From sequence record OR995200.1: a DNA stretch of 64,000 nt; one strand, written 5' to 3'. The position numbers and the translations under genes are program-made. The notes under the pieces are model-generated. The model was not told the origin of the DNA, made no database searches, and saw only the letters and a list, made by a program, of their open reading frames with translations. The stretch is from Escherichia phage JY01. Position 1 is the stretch's first letter, and the number at the start of each line of letters is the position of its first letter. Positions 42,925-53,851 of the stretch are shown here, piece by piece.

Positions 42925-44103
42925 TTAAAAGTATTTTTTAAAACTCATCATAACTTTATCATCAACATCATTATCAATCTGTGCAACAAGATAAGATGAC
43001 AGTTCTACTTCTTGTGGCGCGGATTGAACATTATCAGAATTAAGGTATTCACGAATCCAAGGATATGGATGTTTAACCGGAGCATCGGTAATTGGGCATG
43101 GAAGACCACACTGTTTCATACGAGATACAGTTAAATAATCAATAAAGCTCCACATGCTATTTGTATTTAATCCAGGAACATCGCCATCTTTAAATAAATG
43201 AACTGCCCAATCTTTTTCTTGGCGGTTAACTTCCATGAAAATATCAACTGCTTCTTGTTCACACTCTTGAGCAATTTTAACCCATTCATCACCATCAGTG
43301 CCAAGTTGGAGCTGACGAATAATATACTGGGTGCCTTTAAGGTGGAGTTGTTCGTCTCGAGCAATGAATTTCATAATCTTCGCATTACCTTCCATGATTT
43401 CCATATTTTTATGGAAGTTGAAAGTACATGCAAAGGATACATAAAAACGAATAGCTTCCAGGGCATTGATAACATGAAGGCAGAGATAAAGCGACTTCAT
43501 CAATGCATATTTACATTCTTCCACATGCATAAGACTATTTGAATATGCATCTAAATCATATTCATTTTCGGAAAAACATTTAAAAATTTCTTTTGCATTT
43601 TCCCATTCGCGCGTCTTAACCAGAACATCATCATAATAATGACCAATAGATTCAGCACGTTTCATGATAGCTTTATCTAATACAATCTCATCAAATACCT
43701 TTGACGGATCAGTATAAAGATTTCGCATAATATGAGTGTATGAACGACTGTGAATAGTTTCACTAAAAGTCCATGTAGCAACCCATGTATCAAGACTTGG
43801 GTCTGAAATTAACGACATAAGTACAGCAGACGGTGCACGACCCTGAATGCTATCTAGAAGTGATTGATACTTCAGGTTATTAGTAAAAATATCTTGCTGA
43901 TATTGAGGAAGCTTGTTAAATTGCGCAGCATCCATCATTAAGTTTACTTCTTCAGGACGCCAGAAAAATGATAATTGCTTTTCGGTTAAATCTTCAAAAA
44001 CTTTATGGCGTTGAATATCATAACGCGCAATACCAAGACCTGAACCAAAAAACATAGGTTCTTTTAAAACATCAACTGGATTTGTATTAAAAACTGTGCT
44101 CAT
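42925..44103 (-). CDS. nrdB: ribonucleotide reductase small subunit NrdB
   Basis: 392-aa uninterrupted ORF; di-iron/tyrosyl-radical family; no intron. Confidence 0.93.
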   Translation of the reverse strand: MSTVFNTNPVDVLKEPMFFGSGLGIARYDIQRHKVFEDLTEKQLSFFWRPEEVNLMMDAAQFNKLPQYQQDIFTNNLKYQSLLDSIQGRAPSAVLMSLISDPSLDTWVATWTFSETIHSRSYTHIMRNLYTDPSKVFDEIVLDKAIMKRAESIGHYYDDVLVKTREWENAKEIFKCFSENEYDLDAYSNSLMHVEECKYALMKSLYLCLHVINALEAIRFYVSFACTFNFHKNMEIMEGNAKIMKFIARDEQLHLKGTQYIIRQLQLGTDGDEWVKIAQECEQEAVDIFMEVNRQEKDWAVHLFKDGDVPGLNTNSMWSFIDYLTVSRMKQCGLPCPITDAPVKHPYPWIREYLNSDNVQSAPQEVELSSYLVAQIDNDVDDKVMMSFKKYF

Positions 44104-44154
44104 AAATTTTCCACTTAGTTAATAGACAGTGACTCGTCCATGAGTCAAATTATA

Positions 44155-46419
44155 TCATAATTTACAGGATGAACAATCTTCAGCTTTTGGAGTTTCTATT
44201 TCATAATCATCAGTACCAGAACCATCACGGGTATTATGATAATAGAAATTTTTTCCGCCAAAATACCAAAAATACAAAAGGTCATCAATCATTATTGACA
44301 TTGGAACCTTTCCTTTTGGAAAAATCTGTGGGTCATAGTATGTATTCGCCGAAGCTGATTGACAAACCCATTTCAGCATAATAGCTACCTGCGTGAGATA
44401 AGGTTTATTACCTTTCTTAGCTAATTTCCATGTATAATCATAGAGGTCTATGTTATGCTCAATATTGGGCACGACTTGATTAAAGGAGCCCTCTTTTGAT
44501 TCTTTAACAGAGACTGGTCCACGTGGAGGCTCGATACCGTTTGTACTGTTAGAAACTTGGGAAGATGACTCACATGGCATAAGTGCTGATAATGTGCTAT
44601 TACGGATGCCAAAGAGCTTAAGGTCTTCCCGCAGCGACGACCAGTCACAAACGTATTTTGGAGCTGCGATTTGGTCAATCTTTTTATTGTACCAGTCGAT
44701 AGGTAATTCGCCTCGAGACCAACGAGTGTCTGAATAATATTCGCAAGGTCCTTTTTCTTTGGCGAGCTTAATGGATGCTTTAATGAGTCCATACTGTAAT
44801 CTCTCAAATAGTTCATGTGTTAAATCGTTAGCATCTTCATAAGAAGCAAAGTTACTTGCCAGCCAAGCTGCATAGTTGGTAACACCTACACCGAGGTTAC
44901 GACGCTTTTTAGCTTTTTCTGCTTCAGGAACTGGATATCCTTGGTAATCCAAAAGATTATCAAGAGCACGAACTTGGACTTCTGCCAATTCATTAATTTT
45001 ATCTTGGTCTTGCCAGTCAAAATTATCCAGTACGAATGCAGAGAGAGTACACAATCCAATTTCAGCATCGGGGCTATTCACATCATTTGTTGGAATAGCA
45101 ATTTCACAGCACAAGTTACTCTGACGAATAGGTGCTTTTTCACGAATAAACGGAGTATAGTTATTCGTATTATCAATGAACTGTACATAAATCCTTGCTG
45201 TTCCTGAACGTTCAGTCATGAGCAATTCAAATAGTTCACGGGCTTTAATACGTTTTTTACGAATATTAGGGTCTTTTTCTGCTGCTTCGTATAATTCACG
45301 GAAACGGTCTTGGTCTTTAAAATAAGAATAATAAAGCTCGCCACCCATTTCATGCGGACTGAACAAAGTAATGTAATCGTTCTTTCCGAATCGTTCCATC
45401 ATCAAATCATTCAGCTGAACACCATAATCCATATGACGAATACGGTTTTCTTCAACACCTTTGTTATTTTTTAGAACGAGAAGATTTTCAACTTCCAAAT
45501 GCCAAATAGGATAATAAGCAGTAGCAGCGCCGCCACGAATTCCACCCTGTGAGCATGATTTAACAGCAGTCTGAAAATGTTTCCAAAAAGGAATAACACC
45601 AGTATGGCGGACTTCACCCATGCCAATCTTAGAACCTTCGGCACGAATCATACCAACGTTAATACCAATTCCAGCGCGTTTAGAGATATATTCAACAATT
45701 GAAGCTGAAGCCTTATTAATAGACTTCAGCGAATCACCTGCCTCAATAACAACACATGAACTAAACTGTCGAGTCGGAGTACGACAACCAGCCATAATAG
45801 GAGTTGGTAATGAAATCTGTCGAGTAGATACTGCTTCATAAAAACGAATAACATGTTTTAATCTATCAACAGGTTCATCTTGATGCAGTGCCATTCCAAT
45901 AGTCATAAATGCAAACTGCGGAGTTTCATAAATTTGACCAGTGGTTTTATCTTTAACTAGATATTTTTCTTTTAATTGCATCGCACCGGAATAAGTAAAT
46001 TCCATATCCCGCTCGTGCTTAATTTTTGATTCTAAAAATGTAATTTCTTCTGCTGAATATTTTGACAATAATTCAGGGTCATATTTACCTTCATTTACAC
46101 AGTAAGAAATATGGTCAATAAATGAACGTGGTTCATACTGCCCATAAACATGCTTACGAAGAGCAAACATTAAACAGCGTGCAGCTACATATTGATAATC
46201 AGGTTCTTCAACCGAAATAGAATTCGCAGCGGCCTTAATGACAATAGTCTGAATATCATCAGTTGTCATTCCATCACGGAGATAAGATTTAATATTTTCA
46301 TATAATTCATAAGGATCTACTGATGTTCCTTCAGCTGCCCAAGATAAAACTTTAATAATTTTTTGTGGGTCAAAGCTCTGAGAAACACCACTACTTTTGA
46401 TAACATTAATTAATTGCAT
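44155..46419 (-). CDS. nrdA: ribonucleotide reductase large subunit NrdA
   Basis: 754 aa; class Ia RNR; T4 NrdA length. Confidence 0.95.
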   Translation of the reverse strand: MQLINVIKSSGVSQSFDPQKIIKVLSWAAEGTSVDPYELYENIKSYLRDGMTTDDIQTIVIKAAANSISVEEPDYQYVAARCLMFALRKHVYGQYEPRSFIDHISYCVNEGKYDPELLSKYSAEEITFLESKIKHERDMEFTYSGAMQLKEKYLVKDKTTGQIYETPQFAFMTIGMALHQDEPVDRLKHVIRFYEAVSTRQISLPTPIMAGCRTPTRQFSSCVVIEAGDSLKSINKASASIVEYISKRAGIGINVGMIRAEGSKIGMGEVRHTGVIPFWKHFQTAVKSCSQGGIRGGAATAYYPIWHLEVENLLVLKNNKGVEENRIRHMDYGVQLNDLMMERFGKNDYITLFSPHEMGGELYYSYFKDQDRFRELYEAAEKDPNIRKKRIKARELFELLMTERSGTARIYVQFIDNTNNYTPFIREKAPIRQSNLCCEIAIPTNDVNSPDAEIGLCTLSAFVLDNFDWQDQDKINELAEVQVRALDNLLDYQGYPVPEAEKAKKRRNLGVGVTNYAAWLASNFASYEDANDLTHELFERLQYGLIKASIKLAKEKGPCEYYSDTRWSRGELPIDWYNKKIDQIAAPKYVCDWSSLREDLKLFGIRNSTLSALMPCESSSQVSNSTNGIEPPRGPVSVKESKEGSFNQVVPNIEHNIDLYDYTWKLAKKGNKPYLTQVAIMLKWVCQSASANTYYDPQIFPKGKVPMSIMIDDLLYFWYFGGKNFYYHNTRDGSGTDDYEIETPKAEDCSSCKL

Positions 46420-46736
46420 AAGTCCTCAACTTGAAAATCGTCTTTAAACAATCGGTTAACTATATGAGCTATTATATCACCATGACACGGCTTTGGTTTA
46501 CATGTGCATCCTAGCCTCATTCCACGTAAAGGCTCTAAATGTGCTTTAGTTATTTCTCCGGATTTAATTCGACGTATAAAATCTTTTTTGAATAATTCAA
46601 TGGCAGCCTCCCGGCTGCCAGCATCTTTACCGACGTAATTTCCCCAAAATGTACCACGGTGAATATTAACATCAAAGTCGGATTTATATTTATTCACTAC
46701 TCGGCATATACGGCCTGCGCGGTTGTAAGTGTTCAT
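46410..46736 (-). CDS. hypothetical protein (nrdA.1-like; Cys/His motif [11 protein letters not shown])
   Basis: 108-aa ORF overlapping the nrdA start. Confidence 0.55.
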   Translation of the reverse strand: MNTYNRAGRICRVVNKYKSDFDVNIHRGTFWGNYVGKDAGSREAAIELFKKDFIRRIKSGEITKAHLEPLRGMRLGCTCKPKPCHGDIIAHIVNRLFKDDFQVEDLCN

Positions 46737-46965
46737 ATTGTTCTTCCGTTAAAACAGTAATATCGTAGTAACAGTCAGAAGAAGTTTTAACTGTAGAAAT
46801 TTTATTATCAAAATACTCACGAGTCATTTTATGAGTATAATATTTTTTGCCATAAATGATAATAGGCTGATTTGGTCCTGGAACTTCTAACTCGCTTGGA
46901 TTAGGAAGTGTAAAAAGAACTACACCAGAAGTATCTTTAAATCGTAAAATCATATATCCTCGCAA
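46690..46965 (-). CDS. hypothetical protein (nrdA.2-like)
   Basis: 91-aa ORF; 47-nt overlap with the downstream ORF. Confidence 0.5.
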   Translation of the reverse strand: MRGYMILRFKDTSGVVLFTLPNPSELEVPGPNQPIIIYGKKYYTHKMTREYFDNKISTVKTSSDCYYDITVLTEEQYEHLQPRRPYMPSSE

Positions 46966-46973
46966 TAATAAAA

Positions 46974-47834
46974 TTACACCGCCATCTTTCCTTTAATAGG
47001 AGGATGTGATTCATAGTTGTTAAGAACAAAATTATGAGGCTTTGCAAATTGACTCAACCAAAATACCTGCGATTCTGTGTCCCATTCATCAAATTCATCT
47101 GGAAATTTTAATTGTAATTCGCATAAATCCATAGGTTCACGACATAAAATTTCTTTACATTGTTCTACGTGATTCATATAGATATGAGTATTACCACCAG
47201 AAAATATCAAATCTCCCGGAATAAGATTACACATCTTAGCTACAATATGAACTAACGTAGCATATGATGCAATATTAAATGGAAGACCGAGGAAAACATC
47301 TACCGAACGTTGATACCATTGAAGGTCAAGGTATCCATTACGCACATTAAACTGATAGAACATATGACAAGGCGGTAATGCCATATATTTAAGTTCAGCT
47401 GGATTCCACGCAGAAACAATTTGACGCCTATCATTTGGCAGTTTTTTAATACGATCAATAACTTCTATAATTTGATCTACACCGCCAAAATCACGCCACT
47501 GTTTTCCATAAATTGGACCAAGTTCACCGCTATGGTATCCTAAATCTTTTGCTTGATTTTCGTAATTTTCATCCCAGACTGTTTTGCCTTGAATTAATGA
47601 ATCATGTTGAATTAATCGCAAATCATTGACATTTGTGCTTCCTGATAAAAACCATATTAGCTCAGCAATGCATGCATTCCAGGCGAGCTTTTTAGTTGTT
47701 ACTGCAGGAAAACCTTTGGTTAAATCCCAACGCAATTTAGTACCGAACAAAGCAATTGTTCCTGTGCCCGTTCGGTCATCGGTTTCATAGCCATTTTCAA
47801 AAATGTCTTTAATTAAATCTTGGTATTGTTTCAT
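46974..47834 (-). CDS. td: thymidylate synthase
   Basis: 286-aa uninterrupted ORF; active-site region PPCH; no intron. Confidence 0.95.
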   Translation of the reverse strand: MKQYQDLIKDIFENGYETDDRTGTGTIALFGTKLRWDLTKGFPAVTTKKLAWNACIAELIWFLSGSTNVNDLRLIQHDSLIQGKTVWDENYENQAKDLGYHSGELGPIYGKQWRDFGGVDQIIEVIDRIKKLPNDRRQIVSAWNPAELKYMALPPCHMFYQFNVRNGYLDLQWYQRSVDVFLGLPFNIASYATLVHIVAKMCNLIPGDLIFSGGNTHIYMNHVEQCKEILCREPMDLCELQLKFPDEFDEWDTESQVFWLSQFAKPHNFVLNNYESHPPIKGKMAV

Positions 47835-47879
47835 TTAGTACCTTATATAAATTATAATACATTTTATGAAGCTAAATAA

Positions 47880-48239
47880 TCAATACGGTTTAGCATCAAA
47901 TTTTCTCTCAATTTCAGGCGTGAAATATAATTCTTTACCGCGTTTGGAAAAGCGACCAATAATATGATAATTATTCTCATCAAACGTGATATTACCAATA
48001 TCCATAGCTTTCAACCAAATATCGATATTTCTATCCAGCTTTATGTCAAAATTCCAATACGGAGAACTATTACCGAAAATACTACAAGCGGATTCAGTGA
48101 AACAACTGCTATAAATCTTGTCTTTAGGAACTACTAATTGATAAACACCTTTAATAAACTGAGGACCTTGCCATTTTGGCTGTTTCGCGTCTTCTTCTAA
48201 TAGAATAGGGTAATAATTAAAATTCATATTTTCCGCCAC
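47880..48239 (-). CDS. hypothetical protein, 119 aa, between frd and td
   Basis: ORF fills a ~0.4 kb gap where, from memory, T4 frd and td overlap directly. Confidence 0.55.
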   Translation of the reverse strand: MAENMNFNYYPILLEEDAKQPKWQGPQFIKGVYQLVVPKDKIYSSCFTESACSIFGNSSPYWNFDIKLDRNIDIWLKAMDIGNITFDENNYHIIGRFSKRGKELYFTPEIERKFDAKPY

Positions 48240-48247
48240 GCGTTATT

Positions 48248-49070
<823 letters not shown>

Positions 49071-49086
<16 letters not shown>

Positions 49087-49430
49087 TGAAAGGGGCCAGA
49101 AGCAAATCCGCTATCTTTAATCATTTTAACTAAAGTTACCATTCCTCTGTTAACTGCTTGCGAGATTTCATCAAAAACTTCATCACTATCACCATAAAGA
49201 TCGCTAAAAAGTTCTAACACGTTCTTCTGAACTTTTAATTTACAGCCAACAAATTCGCCTACAGTAAATTCGTTTCCGCCAACTCCAGCGTAAAACGTAA
49301 TTACACCAGTTAATGGTCTTTCACTAGAACATAGGTCGTGTGATAAATTAATATAAGCCGTCCCGGGTGCAGTTTTAAGTTGGCAACGAATACTTACTCG
49401 AGCAATTCCAGCTACACGAATGTCAGACAT
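49071..49430 (-). CDS. hypothetical protein (frd.2-like)
   Basis: 119-aa ORF. Confidence 0.55.
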
Positions 49431-49440
49431 AATATTTTCC

Positions 49441-49683
49441 TCAAATAGACTTTTTCACAATTTTCCAATCAGCTTTAAACTGATCAACGTCAGAATGATA
49501 AATCCAGAATCCTGCGCTTTCTCCATCCTCATAAAGAGGGCATCTATCACATTCATCTTCCCATCCCATATCACGTAAAAGATGTTCAGCTTTTTCAACA
49601 AGTTCAGAATCTTTACCGATGATATTAAAATACCATTTACCTCTAACTTCCGAATCTTTGATGCTCTGACGTTGTAATCTCAT
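49441..49683 (-). CDS. hypothetical protein (frd.3-like)
   Basis: 80-aa ORF with GGAGAA SD. Confidence 0.55.
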   Translation of the reverse strand: MRLQRQSIKDSEVRGKWYFNIIGKDSELVEKAEHLLRDMGWEDECDRCPLYEDGESAGFWIYHSDVDQFKADWKIVKKSI

Positions 49684-49792
49684 TTTATTCTCCTTAGCAA
49701 GCTTTAATCAAAAGATATAAACAAACTAACATAACTGCTGCCATAATATAAGGTGCGAACATTTTCTTTTCTCCATTAGTTTTGATAGGGTA

Positions 49793-49822
49793 ATAGTATC
49801 ACACTACTACCCTGCTGTAAAC
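49793..49822 (-). promoter_or_regulatory. early promoter candidate with bulged inverted repeat
   Basis: minus strand: GTTTAC - 18 nt - TACTAT; inverted repeat AGGGTA...TACCCT at 49787-49813. Confidence 0.45.
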
Positions 49823-50199
49823 TACTTTTTGAAAGTTTTTCGCAAAAGTTCAATGATTCGATCTACATTGTTTTCGTCAACGATGCAGTGAATTTTTGTT
49901 ACGCCAGAAATCGTGTCTTCGCCTTCATCTTCAGAAATCGGTTCTTTATACTCGCGAAAGCAATAAAATTCGTCTTCGCAAATTTCTGAAAGTCTATCAC
50001 AAAAGTAAAAATGTTTTCCATTGGCGCATTCAATATGTTTTACTGCTTTAAATCCATTATTAAAGAAAACTTCTTTAACTTCAAACCATCCACCATTTTC
50101 TTTGATAATTTTAACTATCGATCCATTAGAACGTGGGCTATGACTAATAAATGCGTCAATGAGACTTGGAACAAGTTCATACTTTTTACCGATATACAT
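49822..50199 (-). CDS. hypothetical Cys-rich protein
   Basis: ORF-track 144 aa; start placed at the internal ATG with GAGGAAAAG SD (125 aa); several Cys (HIECANGKHFYFCD...EFYCF). Confidence 0.5.
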   Translation of the reverse strand: MYIGKKYELVPSLIDAFISHSPRSNGSIVKIIKENGGWFEVKEVFFNNGFKAVKHIECANGKHFYFCDRLSEICEDEFYCFREYKEPISEDEGEDTISGVTKIHCIVDENNVDRIIELLRKTFKK

Positions 50200-50245
50200 T
50201 TTCTTTTCCTCATTTTTAACGGGGTTATTGATAGCCCCTTGATAA

Positions 50246-50473
50246 TTATTGTTCAATCAGTCCCATGTAAAACTCTGCGTCTTCGGCATCCATACCATCA
50301 CAGTATTCATTAGCCATAAAGCGTTCAAGAACTTCTAAAGGACCTTCAACAACAATTTGAATACTCCAAAATTTAGAATCTTGCACACTTGCGATGCTAA
50401 GTTCAGGATAACGATTACGAATAATCTCTTCAATATATTCAAAATCAACGATGTCAATATCAACTTTAGCCAT
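50246..50473 (-). CDS. hypothetical acidic protein (75 aa)
   Basis: start placed at the internal ATG with GAGGAAAA SD; the upstream in-frame extension contains the gene 32 terminator hairpin. Confidence 0.5.
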   Translation of the reverse strand: MAKVDIDIVDFEYIEEIIRNRYPELSIASVQDSKFWSIQIVVEGPLEVLERFMANEYCDGMDAEDAEFYMGLIEQ

Positions 50474-50516
50474 ATTATTTTCCTCTTTGATCATCAGCAG
50501 TATTGCCGATAGTTGT

Positions 50517-50546
50517 ATAGTACCATGGAAGGACAAGGATGTAAAC
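50517..50546 (-). promoter_or_regulatory. early promoter candidate downstream of the gene 32 terminator
   Basis: minus strand: GTTTAC - 18 nt - TACTAT. Confidence 0.45.
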
Positions 50547-50578
50547 CGTTTTGTGAAAAAATTTTTTGAAATAAAAAA

Positions 50579-50597
50579 GGGGACCTCTAGGGTCCCC
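50579..50597 (-). terminator. rho-independent terminator after gene 32
   Basis: minus strand GGGGACC-CTAGA-GGTCCCC followed by TTTTTTATTTC. Confidence 0.7.
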
Positions 50598-50619
50598 AAT
50601 TAATTAGTAATATAATCTA

Positions 50620-51528
50620 TTAAAGGTCATTCAAAAGGTCATCCAGGTCCGTGTCATCAGCACTAGATGAACTGCCAGAGCTTGAGCTCATAAAATCATC
50701 TTCAGTTTTTGTATTGAAGTCATCAACATTGAATGCATCCAAATCATCAGCAACTTTATCAGCTTTCTTAGCAGCAGTTGCAGCGGCACCGCCCATCACA
50801 GCAGTTCCCATAACTTGACCGAATTTAGTGCTCAGTTCTTCAAACGATTTGAATTTATCTTTAGAAGTCATTTCAGAAAGGTCAACCATTTGTTCGAACA
50901 GTTCTTTCTGGAAAGATTCATCGTCAATGTTTGGAATCGCAGATTGATTCAGGAATTTAGATTCATCGTAGTTACTAAATCCAGAAACCTGTTTAACTTT
51001 CAGTACAAAGTTAGCACCTTCCCACGGACAAGTTACATCAACTGGAGTTTCACCCATTTCAACATCAACTGCAATCATTGCATTGATTTTATCCCAGATT
51101 TTCTTACCGAAACGATATTTAAATACTTTACCTTCGTTTTCTGGAGCAGCTGGGTCTTTTACAACAAGAATGTTAGCCCAGTAAGAAGTTTTGCGTTTAA
51201 CAAGACTGTACTCTTTATTATCAGTGTTGTACAAATCATTTTTACTGATGTACTGACATACTGGACAAGAATCGTAATCACCGTGGGTAGATGAACACGT
51301 TTCAATATACCATTTGCCATTTTTCTTGAAACCATGATTTACAAGAATTGCGAATGGTGCTTGTTCATCATTTTTAGACGGAAGAAAACGAATTACTGCT
51401 TGACCGTTACCCGCATTGTCGAGTTTCAGTTTCCACTCGCCTTTATCTTCAGAAGAAAAACCACCTTTATTTCCAGCCAGTTTAGCCATTTGCGCGGCGA
51501 GTTCAGCAGTAGATTTACGTTTAAACAT
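50620..51528 (-). CDS. 32: single-stranded DNA-binding protein gp32
   Basis: 302 aa; matches T4 gp32 including the acidic Ser/Asp-rich C-terminus. Confidence 0.96.
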   Translation of the reverse strand: MFKRKSTAELAAQMAKLAGNKGGFSSEDKGEWKLKLDNAGNGQAVIRFLPSKNDEQAPFAILVNHGFKKNGKWYIETCSSTHGDYDSCPVCQYISKNDLYNTDNKEYSLVKRKTSYWANILVVKDPAAPENEGKVFKYRFGKKIWDKINAMIAVDVEMGETPVDVTCPWEGANFVLKVKQVSGFSNYDESKFLNQSAIPNIDDESFQKELFEQMVDLSEMTSKDKFKSFEELSTKFGQVMGTAVMGGAAATAAKKADKVADDLDAFNVDDFNTKTEDDFMSSSSGSSSSADDTDLDDLLNDL

Positions 51529-51600
51529 TTTTATTTCCTTTTTAATTTAATTAACAGTTGGTGCTATGACGATGTATGACCTCATAGCTGGTCAGTGAGA
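51529..51600 (-). promoter_or_regulatory. gene 32 translational operator (autoregulatory A/U-rich leader with upstream pseudoknot)
   Basis: minus strand reads ...GCTATGAGGTCATACATCGTCATAGCACC...TTAATTAAATTAAAAAGGAAATAAAAATG, matching the T4 gene 32 leader as I recall it. Confidence 0.65.
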
Positions 51601-51611
51601 TAATTATAATC

Positions 51612-51619
51612 TATTTATA
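51612..51619 (-). promoter_or_regulatory. late promoter (TATAAATA on minus) for gene 32
   Basis: plus-strand TATTTATA in the 59-32 intergenic region. Confidence 0.6.
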
Positions 51620-51627
51620 ATAAGCAA

Positions 51628-52281
51628 TTAATACTTGCAAGATTTCACAGTTTCAATAAAAACTTTTTTAGCTTCCTGTGAATCGATATTTAAAATTTTT
51701 CTATAAGCTTTTAACTTTATAGAATAATTATTCCAGACTAAATTATCAGTCTGTTCATCATGTTTATCAATTATATTTAAAAACGAATCAAGCAAGATAA
51801 ACGTCTCAAACGAAATTATGTTCGATTGCAGAAGTTTAAAAATATAACTTGATTGAACTTTTGGATTATATTCAAAAATTTCTTTAAAAGCAGAAACTTC
51901 AACTTTTTTACTAAAATAATAAATGTTGCGAATATCTTCTTCAAACTTAAATTTAATTTGCTTTAAGCGTCCGATATATTCACGATAAAACACAAGTGCA
52001 TCAGCGTCAGAGATGTCACCAATCCAAGCATCTTGGTTAGCAACCAAATTACTTATAAAGATTAAAGCAAGTTCCTTTAATTTATATTTTTCTGATAACT
52101 TCTGAAAAAAATACTTATCCCTTCGCTTTTGATAAGCGGCATCAGACACCCGCATGCACCAATTATACTTAATAACATCATACTTTCCATTCATATGTTG
52201 TTTTATCATTAAGTATAATTTATAAACTGATTTACCATCAATGTATCTTTCACCACCAGCAGGCATGCGGAGTTTAATCAT
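51628..52281 (-). CDS. 59: gp59 helicase loader
   Basis: 217 aa, T4 gp59 length and position. Confidence 0.92.
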   Translation of the reverse strand: MIKLRMPAGGERYIDGKSVYKLYLMIKQHMNGKYDVIKYNWCMRVSDAAYQKRRDKYFFQKLSEKYKLKELALIFISNLVANQDAWIGDISDADALVFYREYIGRLKQIKFKFEEDIRNIYYFSKKVEVSAFKEIFEYNPKVQSSYIFKLLQSNIISFETFILLDSFLNIIDKHDEQTDNLVWNNYSIKLKAYRKILNIDSQEAKKVFIETVKSCKY

Positions 52282-52616
52282 AGCAGAAAATCTAATGTAT
52301 TAGTTTTTTCACAACGAACAACAGAAGGACGTAAAAGATTTTCGTCAATAGCTTCTGACTGAATTTTTTCAATTATACCCGAAGGAATAAATTTAGCAAA
52401 TTGAGTTTCAGGAATAGAATTTTCTTCTAAGAATGCTGTTGTAGCTTCAAGATAACTCATTCCAAACTCTTCTACCATTTTTTCAATAATAAATCCATTT
52501 TCTTGGCGGTCAAGAAGCTTTGCAATTTCATCCTTTTCTTTCTTAATTGAAAGTTCTTTTTCTGAAAGCCCGGCCTCATCGACCGGGCGAATATCATTTA
52601 GAGAAAACTGTGTCAT
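52278..52616 (-). CDS. 33: gp33 late transcription accessory protein
   Basis: 112 aa from MTQFSLNDI. Confidence 0.88.
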   Translation of the reverse strand: MTQFSLNDIRPVDEAGLSEKELSIKKEKDEIAKLLDRQENGFIIEKMVEEFGMSYLEATTAFLEENSIPETQFAKFIPSGIIEKIQSEAIDENLLRPSVVRCEKTNTLDFLL

Positions 52617-52863
52617 AAAGTTCAACTACCTCTTCAGTTTCAGCTTCAAACACATCACGATTATCTTTATGATACAAAGCTAATAGACGATTAAACATCT
52701 TGCCATCAACACCAAGTTCATCTTTGGCACGAATTCGAATATCTTTAATCAATTCATTATAACCGGAAATTTTCAGTTTATGATCAGATGCTTCTTTAAT
52801 AAATTTAGCCAAGTCTTCGCCATGGATAGCTTCATCAAATTCAACCATTTCTTTTTTAGCCAT
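52594..52863 (-). CDS. dsbA: DsbA double-stranded DNA-binding protein
   Basis: 89 aa, position between rnh and 33. Confidence 0.85.
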   Translation of the reverse strand: MAKKEMVEFDEAIHGEDLAKFIKEASDHKLKISGYNELIKDIRIRAKDELGVDGKMFNRLLALYHKDNRDVFEAETEEVVELYDTVFSK

Positions 52864-52871
52864 TATTCACC

Positions 52872-53789
52872 TCAAAATTCATTAATGCTATTAGTTAATT
52901 TAGAAAGACCCGCTTTTACAAAATATGAATAAATTTTGCCACGCGGTGGTAATTTATATGAATTATAGTAATTCACAATGTTTGAAGCAATATTATCAGG
53001 AATATAATCAAAATCAATTAGAACTAAATTTTCTTTATAACGATTATATTCAGATTCTGTGAGAAGCACCTTAGCTTGCTCACGGTCATTAGCAATAGCT
53101 TCAATGATTGAAGTTTTCATTGAAGGAGTTCGTTCACCTTCAACTTTGGTAAACCAAAAGTCAGATCGTACTTTAACTGAAGCAACGTTATCCTTTTTGT
53201 CGCCTTTAAGGATTTTAGTCATACAGTCAATTTCAGCAGAACCGCTTTTAATTTTAACCCATTTCTTGTGCATCGGTGACCATTGCTTAACATTTGGATA
53301 TTTGTGAAGTTGAGTAAAGTCACCATCAGATGAAATGATTAAAATCTTGTGTCCTTCTAAAGAGAACTTTTTAACAAGAACAGCAATGTGGTCATCTGCT
53401 TCATACTTATCGATATCCATAACAATGTATGGCATATAAGCTTTCAATTCATCTATAACTTTATGACTGGATTCAAAATAACCTTCCCAGTCCCAAGTAG
53501 ATTCTTCTCGTGCTTTTCCACGGTTTTTCTTATAATAATACGCGAAATCACGACGCCAATATCCAGATTTCGCATTATCAATACACAGTACAATTTTAGT
53601 GTATCCAAGAGTTTTTGCTTTTTTGACATTAAACTTAATTGAGTTCAATATCAAATGACGAACCATTGATAAATTAATTTTTTCTTTATCTGGAAAGTTT
53701 ACCAAAGCAGTTGAAAGCGCAATTTGACTAAAGTCAATAAAGCAAATTCCTTCTTTGTAATCTTCATCCAGCATCATTTCTAAATCCAT
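52872..53789 (-). CDS. rnh: RNase H (5'-3' exonuclease, FEN family)
   Basis: 305 aa from MDLEMML; sigma70-type promoter upstream. Confidence 0.92.
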   Translation of the reverse strand: MDLEMMLDEDYKEGICFIDFSQIALSTALVNFPDKEKINLSMVRHLILNSIKFNVKKAKTLGYTKIVLCIDNAKSGYWRRDFAYYYKKNRGKAREESTWDWEGYFESSHKVIDELKAYMPYIVMDIDKYEADDHIAVLVKKFSLEGHKILIISSDGDFTQLHKYPNVKQWSPMHKKWVKIKSGSAEIDCMTKILKGDKKDNVASVKVRSDFWFTKVEGERTPSMKTSIIEAIANDREQAKVLLTESEYNRYKENLVLIDFDYIPDNIASNIVNYYNSYKLPPRGKIYSYFVKAGLSKLTNSINEF

Positions 53790-53818
53790 ATGAACCTCGT
53801 TCAATTAGTGAGATTTCT

Positions 53819-53848
53819 ATTATATACCATCCAAATCTTAAAGTAAAC
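53819..53848 (-). promoter_or_regulatory. early sigma70-type promoter for rnh
   Basis: minus strand: GTTTAC - 18 nt - TATAAT (TATATAAT), ~25 bp upstream of the rnh ATG. Confidence 0.6.
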
Positions 53849-53851
53849 AAG

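Noticed and set aside
42925-47834. Group I introns in nrdB and td
   Set aside because: Both genes translate as uninterrupted ORFs of the expected length; no intron present.
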